Of a stretch of DNA of 46,608 nt, positions 33,739 through 46,197 are shown piece by piece. Source of the stretch: Atractiella rhizophila (lineage: Eukaryota); contig MU271441.1 of NCBI GenBank assembly GCA_021432655.1, forward strand, positions 19,096-65,703, read 5' to 3'. The notes below the pieces were generated by a model, which saw only the letters and a program-made list of their open reading frames with translations, made no database searches and was not told where the DNA came from. Both the position numbers and the translations under genes were made by a program. Numbering within the stretch: position 1 is the stretch's first letter; every line of letters starts with the position of its first letter.

Positions 33739-36700
33739 GTTCAAGGGGTTGAGTGCGAGAGCTGAACAAAATTGTGGCCTGACGGCGTGGCCATGTTGAA
33801 AATGAGGGGTAAATGAGGTTTAAAAGCACCTTGCCATCCCCAAACACTCTGTAAGACCTGTCGGATCCAGCAAGGTGAAGAAACAAAACATGGAGCGCCT
33901 GAACCATCCCCAAACAGTCTGGAAGGATCCAACTGGGAAGTGGGGGAACTAGGGCGTGGAAGAAAGTCCGATTCAGACCCTCCGGGGTTGAGAATCCGGA
34001 GTGACCGTGAAGTGGGTGGCCATTGAGTCAAAATTGAAAGCGCAAACTATCTTTTTCGGGGGCGATCATCTTGCCCACTTCTTTCGTTCGAGGAAGTCCC
34101 TCTCTTCGTTCCAGTCGCCAGAGATGGACCAAAACTTCAGTCGTAAAGATCGCCATTGTGAGAGGAACAAAAAAAACGCTTGTCAGAAGAAACAAACTAT
34201 TCACTACCAAAGACAAGAGAAAAGGGTTTAACACGACTGTGGGAAGTGAAGATTGGTGCAACCCTGAACGATCGCGCGGTCACACCTGCAGCCTACAACT
34301 CCCTTTGACTTTCCCTTAGACCTATAGTTACGGTTCAACGTTCAACCCTCCATCTCGCTTGAGTGGTAATCGTTCTCGAACTATCTTTGTGTTGTCGTTC
34401 ATTGTTTCTCTTGATTGTTCACTCGCTCCTTGTTCTTGTTCTTGCGTTTCGTTTTGTTACCACTTTACTCTTTCACATCCTTCATGAGTATATAAAGTGT
34501 GTAAATATCAGAGAAATATTATTCACATCCTGCAAAGCGACAGGTTATAACACAACTCAGCACCAGAGTACGAAAGATACTAGGCATCAACAAACCAATC
34601 TCCTACTAGCGGCTGTCACAAGACAAGGGACAGGAGATAGAGATAGAGATGGGGAACCGCAGTAAGAAGAGTGCACAGTGGAAGGCGATTGTGGTTCTGA
34701 CGTTGTCCCTCTCTTTGCTGTTTTCGACCTTCTTTTGTTCCAAGCCTTCCCTCGAACCTATAGCGTTTTCCGCGCTTCTAGATCAGGTGGACTCGGCCCA
34801 TTTTCTCCTCGCTACAGTATTCGATATCTCCTCTCCGTCCTCTCCTTCTTCAGGTGGAGTGGGAGCCATCAACACGTCCGGATCTACCTCCTCAGCACAA
34901 CACTACAAATGACAAAGCTGGACTGGCTTCCAAGTTCGAGGAGTACGGTGATGTTGTCAGGACTTTCAAGTGGGAATGATGGAGATTCGTGCTGAGGCCT
35001 TACGAGGCATGAAAGATGTTCGGCGAGGGTTTCGCAAATCACAGCAGGGATGACCTGAAAGGTTAATGGTTCAGCTGGAGGCAAATGATTGGAAGTACAC
35101 GAAGAACAAACCTGCTTTGCATATACCGTACTCTTTGGATTGGAGTGGACAGGGTGGAGACCGTCACAAGTATGGAAGCAAATATGAGTCACAATTTAGC
35201 GGACTGACCACTCAAAGTCCGTTACCCAATCCGAATAGTGGAAAGTCCGAATCTGACATCCTAGAAATTTGGAGCTAGTGCACAAACTGTTGGTATTCAC
35301 CCCGTTGGGACTGTTTGAACATTCTAATGCAGTGTGAGGGAGTTGAAATGAAGGAGTAGGCGTTCTAGCTGGCTGGGGACTGGGAGTAAGTTTCGAGCCC
35401 AGGGACACATTTGACATTCCGAAAATGGTAGGACGTGGGAGAAATCACAGAGACTGCTCCTAAAAGCCATCCAGCTGGAGCACCAATGCTTTAATGGAAT
35501 CCAAGCCACCACCACTGCTCAACAAAGCTCCCATTCTACAATTTTCAACCATCCCTCCAACCCTTACCCCGACCTCTTACCACACCTTGTTAACCTCATA
35601 CACCATCCGAATACACTGAAAGATTTCCATGGTTGTTTGGGAGAGAGAAGAGAAGTGAATTGCAAAGAAGAATGTGTGGGACGGAAGCCACCCAAGGATG
35701 ACCAAGTTCACGACACAACGAGTGGAGCTTGCAACCAGCGTTACTGAACTTTGTTGACCTGCTTCCTTTTTCTGGAATGGTCGCGCGTTACACGTTACAT
35801 GCCCCAAAATAGTGGACTGGAATGCGGTTGGTGTTACGCGTTACAGTCCACTCCAATCGAAAGAGTACGGTACCTCGACTCGAACGAAGGCCACAGGGAC
35901 GGACATTCTACCTGCGGAAGAGAAAGCCATGTAGCCTAGAAGGTATGGCAGCTAGCTTCGTGTAGAAACAATCGACTCACATAACCTGCGGTCCTCCCAT
36001 TCCATGACACCTGTTCCCGGACTCTCGACTTTTGTCAACACTTCCGGATGTGGGTCCTAGAACAAGTTTCGCCCTCTTACTACTACCAAATAGAATGGTA
36101 TGTCCTTGTATCTTAGAAAGAGCTCGTGCAGCTTCTGGACTTAACGAACCGTTTCGCACGATTGGCCACATCTTCACTGATCCACCAGTGGCATTATCTC
36201 GTCTTTCTTTTGAAATTCATACCAGTTTTAACAGCGACGACTCAGAATTAAGGAGGAGAAAGGAGGAGAGAGTCGTCGACTCTTCCTGTCTTTCGCCATG
36301 GGTTGGGTTCGTCAAACTTCTCTCTCCTGCCTTCTGTCCTCACATACTTTCTGTGGGGCAATTGGTATGTCAACGCCATAATCCTCGGCGCCAAGTGCAG
36401 CGATGCTGCACTCGTAGGTCCCATTTCTCTTCCATCAATCCTTCGAACCAGAGTTGGCCGATACCACTTCACTTAACCTCCAGATACCATGTACTTCACC
36501 TCCCGATACCATGTACTTCACCGGTGAATGAAGTGAGGTGAAGCTGATTTGGAGACAGAGGTAGAAGGGGGTGAAGTGTAGCTCCTGTTTTTCCGACTAT
36601 AGTAAACTGCAATATTTCTGTTCTCCGCTGTGGCGCCACCAACTTCTCTCTGCGACGAAACAATACCTTGGAAGTGACATCGGGAAGGGCGACGATGATG

Positions 36701-36766
36701 ATACCCCAAGCGACTTTGAGAATCCAGCCGATAACGCGGTGGAGCTTCGTGGCCAAATAACGCTTT
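33739..36766 (+). repeat. copy B of the large inverted duplication
   Basis: Reverse complement of 24036-26783, with a 745-bp insertion and a deletion of about 430 bp (copy A ~24935-25370). Confidence 0.92.
35126..35870. mobile_element. 745-bp non-autonomous Tc1/mariner-superfamily (pogo-like) element
   Basis: 25-bp TIRs CCGTACTCTTTGGATTGGAGTGGAC / GTCCACTCCAATCGAAAGAGTACGG (24/25 match), TA on both sides (35124-35125, 35871-35872); the empty site GCGTA-TA-CCTCGACTC is in copy A at ~25385-25400 (minus). Confidence 0.93.
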
Positions 36767-37895
36767 CTAACACTGTCATTCAAATCCTCCAACACAGGAC
36801 TCGCGTCTTTTTCAGCTGTATTGGTAGAGAAACAGCGCGCCTCGTTTGTCATTCTCGTGCTGGCACTGTCGTCCCCCAATTACAATAAGGAACCTTATCT
36901 TCATCAATTTTTGTTTCAGTGCGACCCTGTCGAGGAAGAAAATGCAAGGGATCGCCTCAGCCTTAGGGCTGACGATCCACTGTACGTCGTCAAGTTCGGT
37001 TTGGCGAGCTACTACATCTCGAAAGCTTTCACCGACTTTCACATATATCCTGTCGGTCGTAGCACGAAATGTTTCTACGCTTATTTCCCCCGTCTAAAGA
37101 AGCTTGTACTTTTGAAGGATATCTGGAGGAAGATGGAGTACGAAAAGGAAGGAGACACCATTCGCAAATTAAATGTTGCAAACGTTCCCGCCATTCTTGA
37201 CGACTACGACATCGAGGGCGACCTCCAGAAGATCGAGGGGCCTTATCGCCAAACGATGCAACGTTACGTTCAGGTAACTGACAAGATCGGACGCCGTCTA
37301 TCTTCCTGCACGTCCAGCTGGGAAATGGTCAGCGCAGTCTGTGAAGCTGTTCGTGGTATGTTTCTGTTGCTTTTTTGCTGTTTGTCTGACCAGCACACAG
37401 GTCACGAAGCTGCATGGGAGAGGACGAGCATCTTACACCGCGATATTTCCTCAGGCAACATCCACCATCAACATCTAACGACGAGCTAGCAGAATGGCAA
37501 GGACTTTTGATTGATTGGGAAATGGCAGAAGTCGTCAGAGTCATAACCCCGGACTACTCAATGTACTGTAAGTTCTCCTAGTTAACTGTACGACGCCATT
37601 CCTGAATCGTGAGCGATGCAGGGTACCCTTCAATTCATGATAGGCAAGGTGGGACGCCCAATAGGCGAGTTTCGATCTAGCTATGAGCTTGTGAAAGGAT
37701 GTGCGGATGCCTTCGAGGGTAAGCTGCTTTGCCTTCTCCGAAAACTGAGTGTCATCGCCGTCGGGTAGCTCATTTTTGCGCCTGGAAAGACCAGAAAAAT
37801 GTTGCACCGAGATATCTCTTCTGGGAACATTATTCTGGGTCCTATCTAAGAAGAGCGGCAGGGATATTTGATTGATTGGGAATTTGGGCTAGTAA
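36300..37895 (+). pseudogene. FunK1 (fungal-specific protein kinase) pseudogene, chimeric, with two catalytic-loop segments
   Basis: RGQITL..LQHRTRVF..ARLV, VGRSTKCF..VLLKDIWR..EGD, IGRRL..HEAAWE..ILHRDISSGNI..GLLIDWE..GTLQFM; then again VGRPI..SSYELV..MLHRDISSGNIIL..GYLIDWEFG. Stops and frameshifts present. Confidence 0.88.
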
Positions 37896-39031
37896 GCAAG
37901 CACGAAGTCGTTCCTCAGTAACAATCCATTAAACTACATAATCTCTTCAGCGGGTCGCCTCCATCAAACTGCTTCTCGTAATGTGCGGCTCTTCGTGCAC
38001 AATTGTTGACGTGGTTCTGCCCCATCACTGATCAAAGCGGTTCATGAGAGTGAGCGTATACCTTTATTATGGAGGGCTTTTTGGTCGAGAAATTAAAGCT
38101 ACAACCCACGCATTTTTGTTGCCTCAGCCAAAATTAAATTCCGTGTCCGGGTTAACTTCTATTCCGTGACGAAGGACATGGTAGAACGTTCTTTTGTCCA
38201 ACCGAAACCAAGATTTAGCTCCGAAAGAAGAGAAAGGCTCTCCGCACACCTTGGGGCAAATGTGCAAATTTCGAAAAGCTGTGGTGCAAACGGATTTTCC
38301 GTTTGAATCAAGTTCGCAAGTCAGTTTTCCGAGACAAGCGTTTGAACCTCGTGAGCGAAGTAGAAGGTCACATAATTTTGGTTGAGTGCGATAATGACAG
38401 ACATGATGACTGTCGACACTGGAGAAGGAAGTCGGAAATGGGGGACGGACCAGGCTGCTCGCCGTTTTAAGGCATTACCAACATACCGAGACGAACATCA
38501 GATGAAGATTTGGTTCAGCCTTCGGGAAGCGCGAGAGGGGGACGCAGGTTGAACATTGAACGGTGCGGTGAGAGAAGCAGGAAATGTCCGAGTCTTCGCA
38601 GAACACAAATCGTGGCTTGAAGCCACAATGAAGGTTCCAAACGTCAAGATGATACATCTCATGTGGTATGGTCACTTTTGACGTAACATTCAACTCGTAG
38701 TTACCTGAGTAGCGTTCCTACCTTGATGTGGCCAGAACCAAATATGTGTACCTTATCCCCGCCTGAAATCACATCCCATAAACAAAGTGTACCACCACAA
38801 ACAAAGCGTACCACCACAAGACAAGAAGATATAGCAGCCCATGTTTCCATCCCCCAAATATCAAATATCAGATAGCAGAGCACCAGCAAGATCGTAAATA
38901 TGTTGGAGGAAAAATTGGGCAAAGCCAGAGATGTCTCAAACCCTCATTTGCATCAAATTTCTTTCAAAAAAAGAGTCTTCATTCCCTGACGCATCGTCTG
39001 GATCATCGTATTCCCCTGGACGTCTCAACCC

Positions 39032-39739
39032 CTAGTTTGCACCAAAATTCTTCCAAAAAACGAGAGAGTCTTCATTCCCCGGCGCATCGTCTTGATCGAT
39101 GATCCACACATCGACCCCAAATTGATGTCCTGGCTGCAAGCAGAAAATGTTGAACACTGTCCCTGACTTTGAAGGGTCGAACTGAAGCTGGTATTCAAGG
39201 TTTCTCTTTTGATACCTCTCATTGAAAGATTCAGCGGGAAACACTATCAATGCATTCCGAACCGATGCAGGCAGGGCCTCAGAGAACCAGGAGGTAGAAA
39301 AGTCATAGTCTCCAAACAATGGTTTCAGCTGCACAAACAAGTTGGTCCCACACCGATCGCGTAACTTTGCACTGCTACCACAAAACAACTGGTGGACTTG
39401 ACTGACTGGAAAATAAGAGTAAACCAGAATCAGCTCTGACAGATACAGCCAAGGAGAGGCTGTCAAAAATCGATCGGAAATGAGATTTGAGCCCTCCATT
39501 CCTGCATCAAGGTAAAGTGTACCCCACTCATTTGGCCTGTAAGGTCTGCGACGTGTTAGGTAACCGAATCCTGTTTGTAACCACTTAAGGAGGGCAGAGT
39601 CAATATGTCTTCCAGTGTCCTGGGCCATCCTGAATGCACTATTGGCGTCGTCACTGTTTGAAAGATTTTGAAAAGCAAAGCAAATATGATCGGGGTCCAA
39701 CTTTAGCAAAAACGAACCAAAGCATTCAGCAGAGGGCAT
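39032..39739 (-). CDS. hypothetical 235-aa protein, 5' end abutting the hAT remnant
   Basis: Long uninterrupted ORF with globular composition; its last ~90 bp are tandemly duplicated at 38945-39030. Confidence 0.45.
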   Translation of the reverse strand: MPSAECFGSFLLKLDPDHICFAFQNLSNSDDANSAFRMAQDTGRHIDSALLKWLQTGFGYLTRRRPYRPNEWGTLYLDAGMEGSNLISDRFLTASPWLYLSELILVYSYFPVSQVHQLFCGSSAKLRDRCGTNLFVQLKPLFGDYDFSTSWFSEALPASVRNALIVFPAESFNERYQKRNLEYQLQFDPSKSGTVFNIFCLQPGHQFGVDVWIIDQDDAPGNEDSLVFWKNFGAN

Positions 39740-41649
39740 AGGACGACGGAATCCGTGTTACGTGCTCAATTCCATGAGTGTATAATGTGTAAAATAAAGT
39801 CAGCTCATCTGACCGTGACGTCTATCCTCTTGCAATATCATTCTCCATTGGCTTTACCTCCTTTTGCAATTCCATGAGGTGAGACTTTCCCTGCACTCGC
39901 AGTGTGGTCTTGAGCATAATGAGGTCATGTATGCTTTTTGGATCCAAGCAACAACGTCGTAAACCAATGGTATCGCGAGCTCCAGAAAAGATCCGCTCAA
40001 CTGCCACAGCACACCCTATCAACATTTATATCAGCTGGTGTATAAAGAGAGACTAACTCAATACGGAGATACTTACCTGGAATAGCCAAGATATCTCGAG
40101 CCAAATGTGCAAGGTTTTCAAGGTTGTCTGTTGACTCGTACTTCCAAAAGGCTAACGGATCAGAGTCCCACGCCAAAGCTTCGAACCTAAACAAATAATT
40201 GATCTCCTTCATCACAGCATCTTCAGCTCTTGCTCCTGGGCCTTGCCGAATCGTAGCAAGGAAATTAGCGGTCAGGTTTACCCTTCCTTTCATTGACTTT
40301 GGTAGCGGCTGCAGTTGAGAAGGAATGGGTTGTGAAGAGGTGCTGGGAGCTTTGTAGTACTGATACCGAAAGAGGTTAATGAAGTTCTGTTTATGCTGCT
40401 CAATCTCATCACGCTCGGAGTCAAACACGGAGGAGTCCAAGAAAGAGACACCAAGACGAGGATCACAGACTGCTCCATGTCTTAATTGGCTATGGAAAGA
40501 AGATCAAGAAATGACGCACTAATCGCATAGATGTAATACGGCGAGAGATCAGATCGATAATGGTAATCACTTAACTTGTAATAGCAGTCAAGGAGAGCTT
40601 GGCGATACTCCTTGTCTACTACTGTATTTGTGACCCTAGATATTTCTTCCTTGAGGAATCCGAGGAGAGAGTGGTACACCCCAAGTGTTTGGGAGAGGCA
40701 GGAAGCCTTGTTCATTGACATGTCGTATGTCGCCTGTCGGAAAATTGCAAGCCATTTGCACACCTATACGCAGTCAGTATACTGCAGTACACTGTACACA
40801 CAGCCCATCCCAAACAGATTTGAGGCTCTTGAGCCCACGTCGAAAACCGGAATCTGCTGAAGACTGGGGCGGTATCCAGAGAAGGCACAGTGGAAGGGGC
40901 AATCACTGTCTTCATCCTTGGAGGACAGCTGGGTCTGAAGGTGTTTGCATGTTGTATAAAGCCAGGAAGTAGTCTATACTTGATGGGTGAAAATTACCGG
41001 ATCAAGTGAAATAACACACATAATCTTGATCATGTCCTATCGTTGTAGCGGCTGCCATCAAAACCTCAAGCTCCTTGTATCCAGGAATGTCTGAGTTCCT
41101 ATCACACAATTAATAGTCAATGAACAGGACAAATCGTCAAGGGACATAGACATACGCTTCTCGTTCATGCTTCTTTTTCTCTGCCTCACTGATGGCAGTT
41201 CCTTCTTCATTATTCCGCTTCACCATGTCTACAATCTTGATTTGTCGAGCTGGCCTTTTGGACACCATGTTGATAGACCGTTTTGCGGGAATGACAAAAG
41301 CTCTAGAGGTCTGCCTCCTTTTATCGACTTTTTGGTTGGGAAACGGCAGGTCGAGAGGAGAGGCCGGGGTAACATTGTTGGGGAAGAATGTTCTGGAGGT
41401 CCAAGGACTGGGAATGGGTGGCAGAACGAACATCGTGGAGCTTCCATGTAATGTTGTCAGGTCAGAACCTATTGGACTGTTGACGAAGGACTTACGAAGA
41501 CGGGGTACACAACTTTGGCGCGACGCACGTCCTCCGTCCCATTAACAAAGCGGGCGAGTAACACGGGTCACTGTTCAGATCCCGCACGTCAAAAACGACG
41601 TCGAACCCGTACGGGTTTACGACCCGACCCGTCCCGTTGAGCATCCCTA
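39740..41649 (-). mobile_element. internally deleted hAT transposon
   Basis: TIR TAGGGATGC ending at 41649 with ACGGG/CCCGT subterminal repeats (41545-41640). Transposase remnants FRQAT..MS, YYKLSDY..SPYYIYA and dimerisation domain DPLAFWK..LAHLARDILAIPG/(intron)/AVAVERIFSGARDTIGLRRCCL (39822-40763). Left boundary uncertain. Confidence 0.88.
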
Positions 41650-43439
41650 GACAGACCGGACTGGAAAATATTAGGCAAGAAAGGCATGACTAAATTGGGA
41701 GGCTGTTAGCACTGTTACAACGGAAAAACGCATAACAAACAAAGTTTACACAATGCAGTCTGAGAGGCCGCTGCTCCCAACATTGCGCTTGAGCTAGCAC
41801 TAGGGTGATTGCGTCCTGAACCACTGGTATATTGGTCCATTGCAACCCATTGGCCATGGGAGGCACCAGACATTGTCACCGCAACGAATTGCACCATGAT
41901 ACGCACATACTTTGCTCCAGCTCCACCAGTATAAAACACGCCCTTTTAATTTCACCACCATCAAATGTTTAAATATATTCTTCCTGTGAATCAAATTTGA
42001 AGGCAATTGAACTCGGACTGGCAGCTTCAAGTCTCACAAGATTGCTTGAAGGAATCAAACATCGAAGCATGACAGCAGTTATGATATGGTGCATGGGGAA
42101 ATAATCGAGAGACAACACTGAATAAAAAGTACCCAAGTGTTGTAACAATTGCCGCAATAGTGCTTCGACTCTTGTCATTATCGTTTCACAATTTTTATGT
42201 TTTTAATTCGCACAGATGTTTGACGTCAACAAAACGACGACCCCTCCCCATTACGATCCTCTCCCATTCCTTCCACTCTTGATTTTCCCTCTAATGCCAG
42301 TGTGACTCTGCGATGAAGCTGGTAGGAAGCGAAGTCTATCTCAAAATCCTGGTTGGATAGGATGAAGTTGTCTCCATAGGTGAGCAGCTGTGTGAAGATT
42401 CTCTGGCTAGTAGGGGGCGGAGTATGCAATGGAGAAGGCGTGGTACTATGGGCTGTGGTGCGGGAATGAAGCAAAAAGCTGAGGTCTGAGTTTTCGGAAT
42501 GGGTGGCAAACGAAGCCATATTACCAACGCGTGAAACTCACTGAAGTTTGCCACATCTTCGGCATGTACGTATTTCCGACTTCAATTTCTCTGCTAACAA
42601 AAGATATATTGTGGCGAGAGAAATGAAATGGATGTTCAATGTCTTCGAGTGCGATTCCACATATCCGTAAGTTCTCTACCAAATTCACAGAGCTTGAGCG
42701 TGAGCGAATCTCCCTATTGTCACGAAGGTACCAGCTGTAATGGCTCCTTTCTAGATGCCTTGGAGCGTTCCTAAATGAATAGCCTAGCAGTTCGTGCCTT
42801 ACCTCTTATCTTTCACATTATAATCCGACGTCCTCACTGGGGATTTCTTCTTAATTATATCGAAGAACTGTATCCTGTATCATTTCTTCAGCGGTTGGAG
42901 TTCTTTCTACAATATCAGGTCATCAGAGCAGGCACTCACGTTGGTTCATGTTGGTTGCAGAATTCGTTCCTGTCAATAGTTCTCCGATAATCTCTTTGTA
43001 TGACCAAAAGGATCTTGCTCACTCGAGTTATCTAGTACAGCTTCACGGAACGACTGTTGCTACTTGCCTCGTCAGTCTCATTTATAACGTTTCAGGCTGA
43101 GCTGAATTTGACCATAGACTAGGACTTCGGAGACAAAGGTTATGATTTCATGTGTAAGTAACATCTTTGTTGGTTTCACATAGCTCTAGTAACGCCTCCT
43201 CGTAGAAATGGATCATGTTCCACACCGTTAACATGGAATGTGAGCCTCCCGGTCCACTCATCAGCCTTTTTAACCAACGGCATTAGGCGTGTCATCGTAA
43301 TGGGATAGGTCGGAGCCATGAGACGAGGGACATGTTGAAGGAATGGGGAAGGCAAGTGGGTCTGAAAGTGTTGGGCTTCGACGAAGTGCGTTGTGCTCCG
43401 TTTTTTCTTCTGAGGTGAATATCTGACTCAAAGGTGTCA

Positions 43440-44150
43440 TCAGTCGAAGCTTTAAGCGCCGCCAATCCCTTTCCTCACATCCCTCCGAAGCCAGAAGATA
43501 TGGTCTCCATCTGCTACACGTCCGCAACGACCGGTACCCCAAAAGGCTCAATCCTCACGCATGCCAGCGTCACCTCTGCGGTTCTTGGAAACCTGCAGTT
43601 CGTCGTGCTTTTGTACTAGATGGATCACGACTTCACAATCGTGTTCGTTACAGCGGCGGCATAAACACTGCCGAGGACGTTGCGCTCAGTTTCAACCCTC
43701 TCTCCCGCATCTATGAACAGTTCATCGAGGAGTTCACAATGTGTGAGTCCCCCATCTTTCATCCCTGCCCTGAATCTTCAGCTGAGGCGACACGCAGGTA
43801 TTGGGTAAAGTCATTGCTTTTGTTTCCTGCCCAATCCTCCCTGGATGTCCGCTCGGTTTCGCTTGTGGTGATACACTCCGGCTCGTCGAGGACATGCAGA
43901 TCCTGCGTCCTACCGTTTTGGTCGGCGTGCTTCATATCTTGAACCGGTTGTATCAGGCTGTCAAGGTACGTGGCCTTCCATCAGAGGTTGGTTACAGTTG
44001 CTGATTTGAACACAGTTTCAAACCCTGGAAGCACCAGGCGTCAAAGGTAAGCATCCCAAAACAGAGATATCACGAAGCTAAAGAACGTACCAGGCAAACT
44101 CCTGAACCACATTATAGATCCGAAAATTCACAACCTGCGAACCTACAACC
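43440..44150 (+). pseudogene. long-chain acyl-CoA synthetase fragment (AMP-binding family)
   Basis: PPKPEDMVSICYTSATTGTPKGSILTH, then across short introns DVALSFNPLSRIYE, GFACGDTLRLVEDMQILRPT..GV..ILNRLYQ, APGVKG, GKLLN. Both ends missing; YTSGTTG altered to YTSATTG. Confidence 0.88.
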
Positions 44151-44902
44151 TTCCATTTCCCTTGCCCACAGGTCCCTCCGACATAATACTGATCCTCACA
44201 GCAGAGGAACAGGTGCGCTGTCGCTTCCTCGCCCTACCTTGCACTTCTAACACTTGATTAGCCGTCTATTGTCATTAATTCCCCGCTATCGTCGACCTAA
44301 CTCGAATGACAACTCGAACGACCACTCACATCCCCTCCGCTCGGCTCCTGACATCTCCACGACAGTTGGTAACAATGGGACGTTGTGCGGACCACTGGAG
44401 GCTGGAGGAAAGCAGCAGATGGGAAATCGTGAAGGGGATGCGATGCGAGGCAGAAGGAGGACGTAAGGAACGGGAAGAGCGACAGGGAGAGAAACAGGCT
44501 GTAGTAAAGGTGGTATACAAAAATTCAAGCGATTTAAACCAAATCTGAATCTGCTGGTGCCATCTTGGAGTCGAATGTTTAAGAAATTATCAGATCTTGA
44601 AAATTGTTATTTCGGATCTCATGCTGTGGCTTCACGGTTTTTATATAATCTTACAACTGTTTCCTAGTAGCAACAATCTTTGTTCAAGCATCGTCGAGCC
44701 GCAAAAGCATTGCCAAGACGTGGTTACTTGGCCATCACTCGCTGATGATTAATACATTATCTCTCAGAATGGTTGAAGTATGGTTTTTTCATTGCCCAAA
44801 TATTGTCAATCCCAGGCAATGGTGCTTGGTTGACGTCGATGATTTTCACCGTTGGCAGTGGTTGGACAAGGATCTCAAAAAGAGCCCTGTTCCGGCTAGG
44901 TA

Positions 44903-45330
44903 TCAACCGAGAAACGACGGTGGCAGTGGCCCGTCTGACTTCGCTGCATCTTCATCTCGATGTTGTTTGCAACCCTTGAGCAATCCGCAGCTATCGCCCT
45001 TCAAAGCTCGCTCGACATTGTCCAACTTGACGGCAGGTGCAATTCCAGAGCCGAGAGACACAACGCAGGCAATCTTACAGTTGCGTCCCCAAATGCGCTT
45101 TGTCTCTTCGACAGCTATTGCGGTAGGATTGTCGTGAATCAGCGAAACGTACTCGGTGGAATCCATGTTGATGGGAGGGAAGAAGAGAGGTGCAGCGGCA
45201 GTCGCCCTTGCAGCTTCCCAGACCGTGTAAGCGGAGGCTGGTACAAACGGCGAGGCCCTGGACTCGAACCCCGCTCTAATGAGCGGCCGGAATTAGCGTC
45301 GGGTTCAAGGGGCCTTGCCCATTGCAAGTG
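44903..45330 (-). pseudogene. patatin-like phospholipase fragment (C-terminal half)
   Basis: TVWEAARATAAAPLFFPPINMDSTEYVSLIHDNPTAIAVEETKRIW..IACVVSLGSG; the catalytic DGG expected after YV is missing and no GxSxG half is seen. Confidence 0.85.
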
Positions 45331-46197
45331 CGTTGGTGGCCTGAGGTGGCAAATCCAATAATAGCTGCAGTTTGATGGAGCCATGGACGTCTAAAAGGCG
45401 GCGAGCGAAAAGAAATCGATGCTGAGCTGTTCGCTGGCGTTGTGGGATGGTATGGAGTTTGACGGAGAGGGCCGGATGGAGAGTTAAGCGGTGAAGATGA
45501 GGATCGGTGTCTGCGAGGAGTACGAAAAACTCTCTTTCTCCACTGCTATCTGCAATTTGTCTCTTTCGCTTCCGCACCATGAAATCGATTGTACCATCCT
45601 CTGTCAGAGTTTGGCACCGTTTTAAGTTGCATTCGTGCCACTTTCATTTGTGGCTCTAGTTTTCTTTCCCCTTTGCCGTTTCTCTTGTTTTTGCCGAGTT
45701 CCTCAAGGTATAAAAAGCCAATTATAACATCATTGTAATGCATTCCTTTAGACCCTTGGAATCAACATCCTCTATCTGTTTCTACTCGTCATCTCGAAGG
45801 GCAGATTCAGGCAAATGCCAGAATGTTAAGGAGTGTCGGACGAGACCGCCAACTGAATGGTCGTTGGTGGGAGGGGACATGGCTGCTTGTGAATTTCTGA
45901 CACGGGTTGACGTAACGGCGAATGGGATCAGGATGAGGTTTCAAGTTGGTTTGTTGTGGAAGGCATCCGGCAAGGGAAGGCATCTGGTTGCAGTTGTGAG
46001 GGACTGCACCACACTCCCGCTTTGGATTGAGCACAGGGCTGCATCGCTCGAAATGATGAGGGTTGTACATCTTATTACACTAAAATCCCACCACCAACAC
46101 AAACGCTCGTTAAACAGCCATTCTTTCTCCAAGTCCTTCACGAGACAAAATGGCGTCCTCGCGCCATAAGGAAAAAAAATCCCATATAGCTGTTGCT

